From: Planctomycetota bacterium
GTDB lineage: Bacteria > Planctomycetota > B15-G4 > JADJEK01
DNA length: 64,000 nt
Reading direction: 5' to 3'
Assembly: GCA_044225365.1 (NCBI GenBank)
Contig: JBGAIQ010000019.1
Location: 45,754-109,753, forward strand
Position numbers and translations under genes: made by a program. Shown one piece after another: positions 40,210 to 50,290 of this stretch. Each line of letters starts with the position of its first letter. Position 1 is the stretch's first letter. The notes under the pieces were generated by a model that saw only the letters and a list, made by a program, of their open reading frames with translations, searched no databases and was not told where the DNA came from.

Positions 40210-41619
40210 ATGACGGAACCCGCCGCACCTCTACGCGGAATACCGCAGGTCGACGCGCTGATCGGCCGTGCGGTCGCCGAACCCGCCCTCCGCAAGATCC
40301 CTCGCTCGATCGTCCGCGATGTCGTCCGCGAGATCGTCGGGGAAGTGCGCGAGCGCTGGCGCGGTGGACGCGGGCCGGCGGGCGATTACTTCCTGCGCGA
40401 GGACTTCCTCGCGGACGTCGAAGAGCGCGTTGCGCGGAGACTGCGGCGACGTCACGAGCCCGTCGTGAATGCGACCGGCATCCTGCTGCATACCGGGCTC
40501 GGCCGCGCGCCACTCTCCGATGCGGCGATCGATGCCGCGGCGGCCGCTGGGCGCTATGCGATCGTCGAAGTCGATCCCGATCGCGGCGACCGCGACCTTC
40601 GTGAGGTCCGCTGCGCAGAACTCGTCGCGGAACTCACGGGCGCGGAGTCCGCGACGGTCGTCAACAACAACGCGGCCGCGACGATGCTGATCCTCGCGAC
40701 GCTGGCTCCTCGGCGCGACGTCCTCGTATCGCGAGGCGAACTCGTCGAGATCGGTGGCGGCTTCCGCATGCCCGACGTGATGGCGGCCGCGGGATGCCGA
40801 CTCGTCGAAGTGGGAACGACGAATCGAACGTACGTGAAGGACTACGCATCGGCGATCGGGGAGACGACGGGGCTCCTGCTGAAGGTGCACACCTCGAACT
40901 TCCGTGTCCTCGGTTTCACCCATTCACCCGCGATCGGTGAACTCGCGGATCTCGCGGCGACGCGCGGTGTACCGCTCGTGTACGACCTCGGTTCCGGGCT
41001 CCTCCGCCACTTCGATGTCGAACCGCTCACGAACGAGCCCACGGTTTCCGACGCGATCGCCGCAGGCGCCGACGTGGTTTGCTTCTCCGGCGACAAACTG
41101 CTCTGCGGACCGCAGTCCGGGATCCTCGCGGGCAAGAAGCGATACATCGATCGCATCCGGGAGAATCCGTTGTTCCGCGCGCTGCGGCCCGGCAAGCTCG
41201 ACCTCGCGGCCCTCGAAGCAACGCTTCTCGCCTATCGCATCGACGACGGCGGGAGCGATGAACTCCCCGATCTGCCGCTCTACCGTCAGCTCGCGTTGTC
41301 GTGCGACGAGTTGCGTCGACGCGCGGAGCGAATTCGCGGCGCGCTCGCTCACCTGCCAGTGCGACTCGAGATCCGCAAGACGATCGGATTCCTCGGGTCG
41401 GGCTCGGCGCCGGCGCGTGAGATCGAGAGCGTTGCGCTCTCGATCGTCGCCCCCGATCTCTCGGCCGCCCAGCTCGCCGATCGGCTGCGGCGCGGCACGC
41501 CACGCGTGTTCGCTCGCATCGCCGACTCCGAAGTGCTGGTCGAGATGCGCAGCGTGTTCGAGGATCAGGTGGAAGCTCTCATCGCCAGTCTGACGGGAGC
41601 CCTCGCTGCCCACGCTTGA
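40210..41619 (+). CDS. selA: L-seryl-tRNA(Sec) selenium transferase
   Basis: VNATGILLHTGLGRA, ELVEIGGGFR, EVGTTNRT and FSGDKL motifs. Confidence 0.97.
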   Translation: MTEPAAPLRGIPQVDALIGRAVAEPALRKIPRSIVRDVVREIVGEVRERWRGGRGPAGDYFLREDFLADVEERVARRLRRRHEPVVNATGILLHTGLGRAPLSDAAIDAAAAAGRYAIVEVDPDRGDRDLREVRCAELVAELTGAESATVVNNNAAATMLILATLAPRRDVLVSRGELVEIGGGFRMPDVMAAAGCRLVEVGTTNRTYVKDYASAIGETTGLLLKVHTSNFRVLGFTHSPAIGELADLAATRGVPLVYDLGSGLLRHFDVEPLTNEPTVSDAIAAGADVVCFSGDKLLCGPQSGILAGKKRYIDRIRENPLFRALRPGKLDLAALEATLLAYRIDDGGSDELPDLPLYRQLALSCDELRRRAERIRGALAHLPVRLEIRKTIGFLGSGSAPAREIESVALSIVAPDLSAAQLADRLRRGTPRVFARIADSEVLVEMRSVFEDQVEALIASLTGALAAHA

Positions 41620-41680
41620 TTCGTCATCGACCGTCGTCCGTTTCCCGGAAGGACGCCCGAGGGGCGTCGAGGAGTTCCTC

Positions 41681-42730
41681 ATGAGCGAAGGCAAGAAGAT
41701 CCGCCTCACCAGCTATTCGTCCTGCGCGGGCTGAGCCGCGAAGTTGCCGCCGGGGGACCTCGTGAAGGTCCTCGATCGCATCCCGAAGTCGCACAGCGAT
41801 TCACTCATCGTGGGGCCCGACACGCTCGACGATGCGGGAGTCTTTCGTCTCACGAGCGAGATCGCGCTGGTGCAGACCCTCGACTTCTTTCCGCCGATCC
41901 ACGACGACCCGGTTTGGTTCGGGCGGATCGCGGCCGCGAATTCGTTGTCCGACGTCTACGCGATGGGAGGCGTTCCGCTCACGGCGATGAACATCGTCGG
42001 CTTCCCGAAGGAACTGCCGATCGAGATCCTCGGCGACATCCTGCGCGGTGGCGCGGAGAAGGTGATCGAGGCCGGCGCGGTCATCGTGGGCGGGCACTCC
42101 GTTGCGGACGCGGAGATCAAATACGGTCTGTCGGTGACGGGCCGGGTGCATCCCGACCGCGTGGTGACGAATGCCGCAGCGCGACCGGGCGACGTCCTCG
42201 TGCTGACGAAGCCACTCGGAATGGGTGCGACGTCCACCGCGATGAAGTTCGAGAAGCTCAGTGAGGAACGCGGTCTGCTGGCGGCCGAGCAGATGGCGAC
42301 GCTCAATGCCGGGGCGGCGCGCGCGATGAACCAGGTCGGCGCGCGCGCAGCGACGGACATCACGGGCTTCGGCCTCGCGGGCCACGCCCGCGGGATGGCG
42401 GAAGCCAGCGGAGTGACGCTCGAATTCGCGGCCGAGTCGGTCCCCCTGTTTCCGGGAGCGCTCGAGTTCGCGGAGCAGAAGCTGGTGTCCGGCGGTGCGA
42501 AGCGCACTCGCCTGTTCCTGGGTGAGCGCGCCGAAGTGAAAGCGACCTTGCCGCCCTCGCTCGTGAGCTTGATGTTCGATGCCGAGACGTCCGGCGGGCT
42601 CATGATCGCGGTTCCACCCGAACGACTCTCGGAACTCCTTCGAGCCCTCGCTGCCGAGCAGACCTTGTGCGCTGCCGTCATCGGCAGAGTCCTCGAGCGG
42701 CAGGGCGAGATCCGCGTCCGATTCGTCTGA
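41681..42730 (+). CDS. selD: Selenide, water dikinase (selenoprotein; UGA read as Sec at codon 18)
   Basis: ATG at 41681 after GAGGAG gives MSEGKKIRLTSYSSCAG-TGA(41732)-AAK, in frame with the 41744 ORF; DDAGV, QTLDFF and TDITGFGL motifs. Confidence 0.95.
41753..41773 (+). promoter_or_regulatory. Putative bacterial SECIS hairpin
   Basis: GGGGACCT-CGTGA-AGGTCCTC; the loop begins 26 nt after the UGA and has G at its second position. Confidence 0.65.
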
Positions 42731-42767
42731 ATCCGGAGCGGAGGGGCGAGTTGCACCGAATCCCGCG

Positions 42768-42797
42768 TTGCCGAAACGGCTCGCGGCGGAGTACACT
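42768..42797 (+). promoter_or_regulatory. Possible sigma70 promoter for the S1-domain gene
   Basis: TTGCCG-18 nt-TACACT. Confidence 0.35.
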
Positions 42798-42862
42798 GGC
42801 GCGCCCGGCGTGGCTCGACAATCGACGAGCTTTCACCGTGGGTCCCGTGGACTGTGAATACC

Positions 42863-44185
42863 ATGACCAACGAACAGAATCTCGACGACCAGGCGGCGCA
42901 GGCGATCCGCGCCCAGATCGATGCTCACCTCGACAAGATGGGGGATCCGTCGCTCGGACCCGATGCGGGAGGCGGCGAGAAGAAGAGCCGGCGCTCCAGT
43001 GGCAACCGCGGATCGTCCGGCTCCGGACAGGGCGGACACGGTGCGCACGGGGGTCACGCGGCTCCGGCGCAGGACGTGCCCCACTTCGTGAACGGCACGA
43101 TCACGTCGATCGACGCGGAGCGCAAGCGCGCGATGGTCGAGCTCGGACCGAAGAGCCACGGTGAGATCACGCTCGAGGAATTCGACGAAGAGCCGAAGGT
43201 CGGCGAGACGTTCGAGTTCAGCCTGGTATCGATCCAGGAGGGGCTCTGGTCGCTGTCGCGCAAGGAAGCGCGTACGCTCGCCACGTGGAAGGAACTCGAG
43301 AAGGGTCGTATCGTCAAGGCGACCGTGATCGGTGAGAACTCCGGCGGCCTCGAATTGAAGGTCGGCCCGGTGTCGGCGTTCATGCCGGCGTCCGAGATCG
43401 ACGTGAAACGCATCGACGAATTCACGACCCTCGTCGGACAGACGTTCGTGTGCGAGGTGATCGAAGTCGCTCCGAAGCGCAAGCGAGTCGTTCTCTCGCG
43501 GCGCGCGGTGCTCGCGCGCGAGAAGCGTGAGGCGCGCGAACGCGCGTTCGAGACCGTCGCGGTCGGCCAGGTCGTGAAGGGTAAGGTCGACAAGATCGAG
43601 TCGTTCGGCGCGTTCATCGACATCGGGAATGGCGTGAACGGTCTGCTGCACGTCTCGAACATCTCGCACCAGCGCGTCGAGGATCCTTCGAAGGTGCTGA
43701 CCCTCGGCCAAGAGGTCGAAGTCCAGATCCTCGAGATCAAGCCGGGCAAGAAGATCGGTCTCGGCATGAAGCAGCTGAAGACGGACCCCTGGGAGGCCAC
43801 GGCCGCCAAGCTGCGTACCGGTCAAGTGCTCCAGGGGAAGGTGAAGCGGCTCCAGGAATTCGGAGCCTTCGTCGAGATCGAACCCGGTGTCGAAGGACTC
43901 GTCCATCGTTCGCAGATCACGCCTGATCGTATGGTGAAACTGTCGGACGTGGTGAAAGAAGGCGAGAACATCACCGTCCGCGTCGTGTCGGTCGATGCGA
44001 AGGCACGTCGCATCGCGCTCTCGCGGCTCACCGAGCGTGGCCACCTCATCGGTTCCGACGAGGACGTCGCCCCTGAGGAACGCGATCGCTACATCCACAA
44101 GGGCTCGGGCCCGGTGGGTGGTACCAACCTTGGCGCGCTCCTCCGCGAGGCGATGGCGAAGAAGTCGACGCCGCCGTCGAACTGA
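42863..44185 (+). CDS. Ribosomal protein S1-like protein with four S1 domains
   Basis: FMPASEI, FGAFIDIG..GLLHVS and FGAFVEIEPGVEGLVH; C-terminal TNLGALL. Confidence 0.88.
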   Translation: MTNEQNLDDQAAQAIRAQIDAHLDKMGDPSLGPDAGGGEKKSRRSSGNRGSSGSGQGGHGAHGGHAAPAQDVPHFVNGTITSIDAERKRAMVELGPKSHGEITLEEFDEEPKVGETFEFSLVSIQEGLWSLSRKEARTLATWKELEKGRIVKATVIGENSGGLELKVGPVSAFMPASEIDVKRIDEFTTLVGQTFVCEVIEVAPKRKRVVLSRRAVLAREKREARERAFETVAVGQVVKGKVDKIESFGAFIDIGNGVNGLLHVSNISHQRVEDPSKVLTLGQEVEVQILEIKPGKKIGLGMKQLKTDPWEATAAKLRTGQVLQGKVKRLQEFGAFVEIEPGVEGLVHRSQITPDRMVKLSDVVKEGENITVRVVSVDAKARRIALSRLTERGHLIGSDEDVAPEERDRYIHKGSGPVGGTNLGALLREAMAKKSTPPSN

Positions 44186-44191
44186 CCGCGC

Positions 44192-44241
44192 GGACCGCCG
44201 GGCTCCGCCCGGCATCTCATTTCAATGCTGCCCGGCGGTCC
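44192..44241. repeat. REP-like palindrome plus an inverted half copy
   Basis: GGACCGCCGGGCTCCGCCCGGCATCTC (27 nt, identical to the reverse complement of 63832-63858), then GCCCGGCGGTCC at 44230-44241. Confidence 0.8.
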
Positions 44242-44245
44242 ACAC

Positions 44246-45376
44246 TCACCGCTGCAGCATCGGCAGGTACTCGTCGGGGACCCGCAGGATGATGCACGCG
44301 ACCGCGGTCGCGAAGTTGTCGCCGGGACCCACGTCGTTGCACCAGCGGCCGTCTTCCTGCTGGCGACGCAGCAGATCGGCGGAGATCTTGTCGAAGAACC
44401 GTTCGAAACGGCGACCGCCGATCTGGTGCAGCGCCTGCGTCGCGTAGTAGTTTCCGTACCAGAAGTAGAAGTGGTCCGGGTAGTTCCTCGAGAGACCGTC
44501 GTACTCGTCCTCGAGGTACTTCACCGCGGCGCCGAACTGCGATTCGTCGTAGACGCCGGCGCACAGGAGTGACGTTGCAGCCGCAGCGTTGATCGCGTAC
44601 GACGACTTCGTCCTCGCCGCCGTCCCGTAGATCTTGTAGTAGAACCCGCCGGTCTCGTAGCCGTCCTCGATTCGACTCGCTCTCACGTAGTCGAGGACGC
44701 GGCGGATCGTCGCGATCGGGACGTGCGCGCCCACGTCGCGTGCGGATCGGAGCGCCTGCACCTGGCACACCGTCACCGAGAGATCCGCTTCGGTGGTGAA
44801 GGGTGAATAACGCCAGGCGCCGTATTCGTTCTGCGTGTCGGCGATGAACTGCGACGCGCGTCGTAGCGTCTCGTGGACGACGGCCTTCTTCGTCTTCGTC
44901 ATGCCCTCCACCTCGGCGAGGAAGAGCGTGGCGAACGCATGGCTGTACATCCGCGTGTCGCTGTCGCTGAGGTAGCCGTATTCGTCGGCGTGCGCGACGA
45001 CGTAGTCGATCGCGCGATCGAGAACCTTGCCGTAGGTGCCGCGACCGGGGACGTTCCCTGAAGCGAGGATCGCGAGGCCAGCGAGAGCGGTGACGCCCAT
45101 GTGGCCGCGATCGTTCGCCTCCTGCGTCTTCGCGGATTCGAAGACGAGGTAGGAATCCTCCTGCTTGTGACCCACGTCGCCGGACCATGCGCCGCAGGCG
45201 AGCTGGTGCTCCGCGAGATACTTGAGGCCGCGTTCGACGGAGGCGTCGAGTGCGCGGCGATGCGCTTCTTCCGCCACGACCTTGGGATTCGTCGCAGGAG
45301 CGGGATCGTCGTTCGCGGCGGGTGGATCCCCGAACACGCAGACGAACGAGAGAGCGATGGCGATCCGTGGATCCAT
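44246..45376 (-). CDS. Prenyltransferase/squalene-oxidase repeat protein
   Basis: GLKYLAEHQ, MYSHAFATLFLAE, GAWRY..ADLSVT..QALR and QQEDGRW motifs. Confidence 0.88.
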   Translation of the reverse strand: MDPRIAIALSFVCVFGDPPAANDDPAPATNPKVVAEEAHRRALDASVERGLKYLAEHQLACGAWSGDVGHKQEDSYLVFESAKTQEANDRGHMGVTALAGLAILASGNVPGRGTYGKVLDRAIDYVVAHADEYGYLSDSDTRMYSHAFATLFLAEVEGMTKTKKAVVHETLRRASQFIADTQNEYGAWRYSPFTTEADLSVTVCQVQALRSARDVGAHVPIATIRRVLDYVRASRIEDGYETGGFYYKIYGTAARTKSSYAINAAAATSLLCAGVYDESQFGAAVKYLEDEYDGLSRNYPDHFYFWYGNYYATQALHQIGGRRFERFFDKISADLLRRQQEDGRWCNDVGPGDNFATAVACIILRVPDEYLPMLQR

Positions 45377-45431
45377 CGCGCGCGATGTTACTCCATTCGC
45401 ACGTGTCGACGTCGCAGGATTCGGTTCGCCG

Positions 45432-47570
45432 TCAATGCGTCGCGCTGCGGGCGATCTCCTGCGCCGCACCACCGATCGCAGAGGCCTTCAAGTCGTCGTG
45501 ATGCAGCGATAGCGCCCAATCGGCGACCGCGAACGCGGATTCCTTCGGATCGCGGATCCGACACGCCGCGAGTTCGGCGGCGGCGCTCGCGCCGTACGGT
45601 GAGTCGGTGTGCGTGATCCCGTCGAAGAGCGCCCGGGCTTCGCTCGCGCGGTCCTGGCGTGCGCGCGCCGCGGCGAGCGCGTAGTCGGCCGCCGTCCGCA
45701 TCGATTCGAACGTGATCTGTTTGCGGAGTTCGTCGGCATCATCGATCCGCGACAGAGCAATCTCCGCCTCGGCGAATTGCCAGAGCGCGACGCCGCCGCG
45801 CATCGTCGATCCGAGGAGGCCGCCATCGAAGGCGGCGAGCTTCGCCTTGCGGTGGATCTCGGTGTTTCCCGCTTCGGCGGCGCGCCAAGCGAGCCAGGAG
45901 AGAGCGATCTCTCCGAAGTCGCGAAGGTTCGGATCGTGCACGAGGAGCAGGGCCTTCGCGAGTGATTCGTCGAATCGTTTCAGATCCGCGAGATAGATCG
46001 CTTCGGGGAGGCTCGACAGGTCCTTCGCCGAGGCAACGATCTCGAGCGCGCTTCGCATCAAGTCCTTCGAACGCGTCGAGTCGGAGATCGACTCCGCGAG
46101 GGCCGCGAGGCGGGCGTATCGAAGCACCGAGTCGGCATCCTTCGGGACCACCGACAGCGCCTCCGCGGTGGCCTCGAGGGTCGCCGTCACGTCCGCACTC
46201 GGGTCGAACCGAACCTGCGCGCGTGCAATCGAGATCAAGAAGTCGGAGGCGGCGCGAGGGTTCGGCAAGCGAAGCGCGTCCCGATAGGCCTCGAGGAGCA
46301 GAGGGCGGGGCGACAACGGCGCAGGTGACTTGCAATCACGCTCCGCGAGCGCGAGCATTGTGCGCAGTCGATCGGCGATCTCGATCCTGGGCTCGCCGTG
46401 GATCGTCTTGTCGAAGAGGTCCGTCCAGAACTCCGGGCAGGAGCGCGCCAAGGAATCGAATCGATCGCGCGCCGCGGGATCGCCGTCGCGCGCCGCCTCG
46501 AACAGCAGACGGAGCGCCCCTTGGACATCGCGCTTCGACATCGCGCCTTCGGCCTCCTCGAGCATCTTCGCCGCGCGCGCGGCCCGAGCGGTCCTCGCTT
46601 CGTTCGTGGCGCGCTCGAAGATTCCCTTCGCACCGGCGAAGCGGTCCGCACCAAAGCCCTTCGAGCTCGAGTCGTACTCGCGCGTGGCGGCACCGAGCTC
46701 TTCGATCCCCGCTTGCCACGTCTGGGGCGCGAACTGCGCAACGCGCTCGGCGATCGCAGAGTTCTTCGCCGACTCCGCTTCGAACCGGATGGTGGTCGCC
46801 GCGTCGCGCTGGCGCTCGAGGTCCTGGAGCCGAGCGACGACGTCGAGCGCCTTCCTGAACCGCTCCCCCGCGGCTCGGTATTCGTACTCGCTCCAGAAGT
46901 GTTCGCCGGAGTTCACTTCGGCATCCAACTCCTTGAACAGGGTGTCGAATGCCGGGAGCTTGCCGAGCGACTCGAAGTGCTCGCGATTCGCACGAGCCTC
47001 GCGCCGCAGCGGTTCCGCTGCACTCTCGCTGCCGTGGAGCGCGCGCTTGATGAGGGGCGGGAGAACGATGAGCGCGAGGATGCACGACACGATGAGAACG
47101 AGGGTCGTGCGGTCGAGACCCGATCGAGTCGGCGTCGCGGTTGCAGGTCGTGGGCCTCGCGGCTTCTCGACCTTCGGCTTCTTCTCCCGTTCCGGATCGA
47201 CGTGACTGCCGCGAACGATCGCGCTGGCGACCGTGGGATCGATCGCGGGGAGCGCTTCGAGGAGACCGCGGCGCAGGATCTTTGCAGCGCGCTTGATCTC
47301 GCCCTGCCCCGGAGACTTGCGATTCGAGTTCGTGGCGTGCACGAGATCGTTGCGGACGCCGATTGCGAACATCATGTCGGGCAGCGAAGTGAAGAGCCCC
47401 GCATTGCGCTTGATCCGCTCGCTCGGAGATTGCGCACGATCCTCGTTCCCGGAACGCGGCAACGATGCGAGCGCGAAGTCGATCAGGATCGTGAGATCGA
47501 TGATTCGGCTCGCAGGATCACTCTGCTGCTCGATCTCGCGCAGGGGTTTCTTGCCCGGAGGAAGTTCCAT
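45432..47570 (-). CDS. Bitopic membrane protein: N-terminal HEPN-like domain, TM helix, helical/TPR-like region
   Basis: RNDLVH (RX4H) at 47337-47354; TM LVLIVSCILALIVLPPLI; Ala/Leu-rich helical repeats. Confidence 0.65.
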   Translation of the reverse strand: MELPPGKKPLREIEQQSDPASRIIDLTILIDFALASLPRSGNEDRAQSPSERIKRNAGLFTSLPDMMFAIGVRNDLVHATNSNRKSPGQGEIKRAAKILRRGLLEALPAIDPTVASAIVRGSHVDPEREKKPKVEKPRGPRPATATPTRSGLDRTTLVLIVSCILALIVLPPLIKRALHGSESAAEPLRREARANREHFESLGKLPAFDTLFKELDAEVNSGEHFWSEYEYRAAGERFRKALDVVARLQDLERQRDAATTIRFEAESAKNSAIAERVAQFAPQTWQAGIEELGAATREYDSSSKGFGADRFAGAKGIFERATNEARTARAARAAKMLEEAEGAMSKRDVQGALRLLFEAARDGDPAARDRFDSLARSCPEFWTDLFDKTIHGEPRIEIADRLRTMLALAERDCKSPAPLSPRPLLLEAYRDALRLPNPRAASDFLISIARAQVRFDPSADVTATLEATAEALSVVPKDADSVLRYARLAALAESISDSTRSKDLMRSALEIVASAKDLSSLPEAIYLADLKRFDESLAKALLLVHDPNLRDFGEIALSWLAWRAAEAGNTEIHRKAKLAAFDGGLLGSTMRGGVALWQFAEAEIALSRIDDADELRKQITFESMRTAADYALAAARARQDRASEARALFDGITHTDSPYGASAAAELAACRIRDPKESAFAVADWALSLHHDDLKASAIGGAAQEIARSATH

Positions 47571-47752
47571 CCGTCGTCGCGTGCTTCCGTGGAGAGTCCA
47601 GTCGTTTCTGCTTCAGGTCGTGGTCCGCTAGACTACCGATCGCGAGCCCCGAAGAAGAGCGTCCCTACTCGCTGCGGCGCCCTTCTCACGAAGAATCTCA
47701 TCGGATCGGGAACTGCCGGACGATGAGTCGGTCTCGCGGGTGACGAAAGACC

Positions 47753-48415
47753 GTGGACAACGACTTGCGCGAAGCACCTGATTCGCAGGACGGGCTCCCC
47801 GACGAGCTACTGCTCCAGAAGAGCCGCAGCGGCGATGTCGCTGCGTTCGGTGTCCTCGTCGATCGTTACCAGGATCTCGTCTTCCGGGTCGTTCGGAGGA
47901 CAGCCCGGGTGAACGTCGAGACGGCGGAAGATCTCGCGCAGGACACGTTCCTTCGGGCCTTCCGCGGCCTGCCGCAGTTTCGCGGTGAGTGTCGTTTCGT
48001 CCACTGGTTGCTTCGGATCGCGCACAACGCGGTCATCAATCGAGGGACGTCGATGAGCGTTCGATTCGAACAGAAGATGAACTCGATCCACTCCTCACGA
48101 ACGGGGCACGACGACGACCGCGGGATGGACCCCGTCGATGGACTCGCCGAGTCGCCTGCCGCCGGCGTCGAACGCGCGGAGCTCAAAGAGGTTCTCGGCC
48201 GGGCGCTGGAGCGACTCCCCGACGAGTTCCGCGCGGCGGTCGTGCTGCGGGACATCGAAGGGCTCGAATACGAGGAGATCTCCCTCATCCTCTCGGTTCC
48301 GCTCGGCACCGTGCGATCCCGGATCCATCGGGGCCGCGAAGCGCTGAAGGACATCGTCGCGCGCGCATTCAAGGGCGCAAGAACCGGCTTCGAGCTGCGG
48401 GGGAACGAAGCATGA
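47753..48415 (+). CDS. ECF sigma factor
   Basis: AEDLAQDTFLRA, WLLRIAHN and YEEIS..GTVRSRIHRGR motifs. Confidence 0.95.
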   Translation: MDNDLREAPDSQDGLPDELLLQKSRSGDVAAFGVLVDRYQDLVFRVVRRTARVNVETAEDLAQDTFLRAFRGLPQFRGECRFVHWLLRIAHNAVINRGTSMSVRFEQKMNSIHSSRTGHDDDRGMDPVDGLAESPAAGVERAELKEVLGRALERLPDEFRAAVVLRDIEGLEYEEISLILSVPLGTVRSRIHRGREALKDIVARAFKGARTGFELRGNEA

Positions 48416-49953
48416 CGAGATCGGAGCACCCGAGCGATCCACTTCGCGAGCAGATGCACGACCTGTTGGATGGACGGCTCTCGAACGCCGATGCGGAGAG
48501 CGTGCGGGCGAAGATCGCGGCGGACGAGAATCTGACCCGCGAGTACGGGGAGTTGTCGCAGCTCGTCGACGATCTGTCGGCGCTTCGCGAGGACAGCGCG
48601 CCGCATCGCTTGCGCGACTCCGTGATTCGAGCCGTTTCCGCGGAGTCGACCTCGCGCACGAGAGGCCCACGACGATCCCTCCGCGTCGTCCTTCCCATTG
48701 CGGCGGCGGCGCTACTTTCCGCGACGGCGCTCCTGATCCATCGCACGAGTGCGCCGTCCGCGCCGGAGACGGCGAGAGAGTCCGACATCGCCCGATTGGA
48801 GCACAAGGACGAGGACTTCCGGCGCATGGACTCCGAGTCTCGCGACTCCTCGCGTTCGAACGATTCGGCTCCGCCTGCGCAGCCGGTCGAAGGCGCGAAG
48901 TTCACGGGACGCGACGGCGATGTCGCTGAGAAGGCCCCAAAGGAGCGGGCCACCGGAATCGATGCGAAGCGCGACAGGGGTGATCCTTCTCACGACGAGC
49001 CTCGCAGCGCCACGGCGCGAGGCGCGGGCGGGGGCGGGGGAGCCGGGCCGGTCCTACCCGAGTCCGGGAAAAGTGCATCCGACAAGGACACGAAGTTCGG
49101 CGCTCATCCCGGGCAGAAACCCGGCAAGAACAAGTCGGGGGCAGCGACCGGGTCACCGGGCGCCGAGATACCTACGGGCGGGATGCCGCCGAAGGCACCG
49201 GGCGTCAAGTCGGCGGCGCCCGCCGGAGCCGTCGCTGCGCCCGGGAAACCGGAGGAGGCCTCCGCGTCGGACAAGCGCGAGGCCACGGCAGCCGGAGGGG
49301 AATTGAAGGCGGTCCGCCCGAACGGCGAGAAAGGCGGAATCGACGGATCCACCGCTAGCGCGGGAACCGGAGCCCCGCGACTCTTGCGCCTTCGCGCTAC
49401 CGCGAATCACACGTCGCCCGAGTCGGCGTCGGCGTCCGACGATCGACGGATCGGCGGGCTTCTGAAGACGAAGGACGATCTCGCGAGGGTCATCACGAAC
49501 GACGCCGAGATCGAACGGGCGATCGCGGCGTTGCCCGAGGCGGCGCGCGAAGCCGTGGTTGCCGCGCGCAAGCGAGCACCGAATCGTGTTCACCTCGTGT
49601 CTCTCACCGAGGCGGAGAGCGATACGTTGATCGCGAACGCGAAGAAGGCGCACCGGGAAGTCGACGAATTCGTCGCCGGTGAGCCGAAGCGGGACGACGT
49701 GTCGAAGCCAACCCTTCTCGACTCGGGCGAGCAGGCCGGCGCACCCGTCTGGCGTTCGCTCGGAGAGAGCACCAAGAAGAGCGGCGGGGACGCGGGCAGC
49801 ACGGTGGGGCCAGCGACGGGCGGCGGCAAGAAAGCAGGCGAGACGAAGGGTCGAGCGGTCGACACCGCGACGAAGGAAGCATCGACTCCCGCGAAGGCCG
49901 CCGCATCGACTGCGCCGACACGGAGACTCGTGATCGTGATCGACGAGTCGTGA
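48412..49953 (+). CDS. Putative anti-sigma factor with long low-complexity extracytoplasmic region
   Basis: ATGA overlap with the ECF gene; LLDGRLS motif; TM VVLPIAAAALL. Confidence 0.75.
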   Translation: MTRSEHPSDPLREQMHDLLDGRLSNADAESVRAKIAADENLTREYGELSQLVDDLSALREDSAPHRLRDSVIRAVSAESTSRTRGPRRSLRVVLPIAAAALLSATALLIHRTSAPSAPETARESDIARLEHKDEDFRRMDSESRDSSRSNDSAPPAQPVEGAKFTGRDGDVAEKAPKERATGIDAKRDRGDPSHDEPRSATARGAGGGGGAGPVLPESGKSASDKDTKFGAHPGQKPGKNKSGAATGSPGAEIPTGGMPPKAPGVKSAAPAGAVAAPGKPEEASASDKREATAAGGELKAVRPNGEKGGIDGSTASAGTGAPRLLRLRATANHTSPESASASDDRRIGGLLKTKDDLARVITNDAEIERAIAALPEAAREAVVAARKRAPNRVHLVSLTEAESDTLIANAKKAHREVDEFVAGEPKRDDVSKPTLLDSGEQAGAPVWRSLGESTKKSGGDAGSTVGPATGGGKKAGETKGRAVDTATKEASTPAKAAASTAPTRRLVIVIDES

Positions 49954-49966
49954 CGCGGGATCGACT

Positions 49967-50290
49967 TCAGGGCGAGGGGTCGATCTCGACGGCCGTGCCA
50001 TAAGCGACGATCTCGGCAGCGCGGCTCGCGACTTCCGCCGTGGCGAAGCGCACGCCGACGACGGCGTTGGCGCCGAGCTCGCGCGCGTGAGTGCGCATGC
50101 GATCGAGCGCCTGCTCGCGCGCCTCCGCGATGATCTTCGTGTACTCGAGCACTTCGCCGCCGAGCATCCCCGAGAGCGCCGCCGTGAATCGTTTCCGGAG
50201 TGGGAGCGCTCGCGTCACGGTCCCCTGGACGAGACCGAGAGTCTTCTTGAGTCTTGCTCCATGCACCCCGTCGGTCGTGGCGATCAGCAT
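49967..50290 (-). CDS. YbjQ (UPF0145) family protein
   Basis: GGEV.EYT, AREQALDRM, GANAVVGVRF and AYGTAV motifs. Confidence 0.92.
   Translation of the reverse strand: MLIATTDGVHGARLKKTLGLVQGTVTRALPLRKRFTAALSGMLGGEVLEYTKIIAEAREQALDRMRTHARELGANAVVGVRFATAEVASRAAEIVAYGTAVEIDPSP

Noticed and set aside
39975-42862. tRNA-Sec near selA/selD
   Set aside because: No cloverleaf with a TCA anticodon was found in the intergenic gaps.
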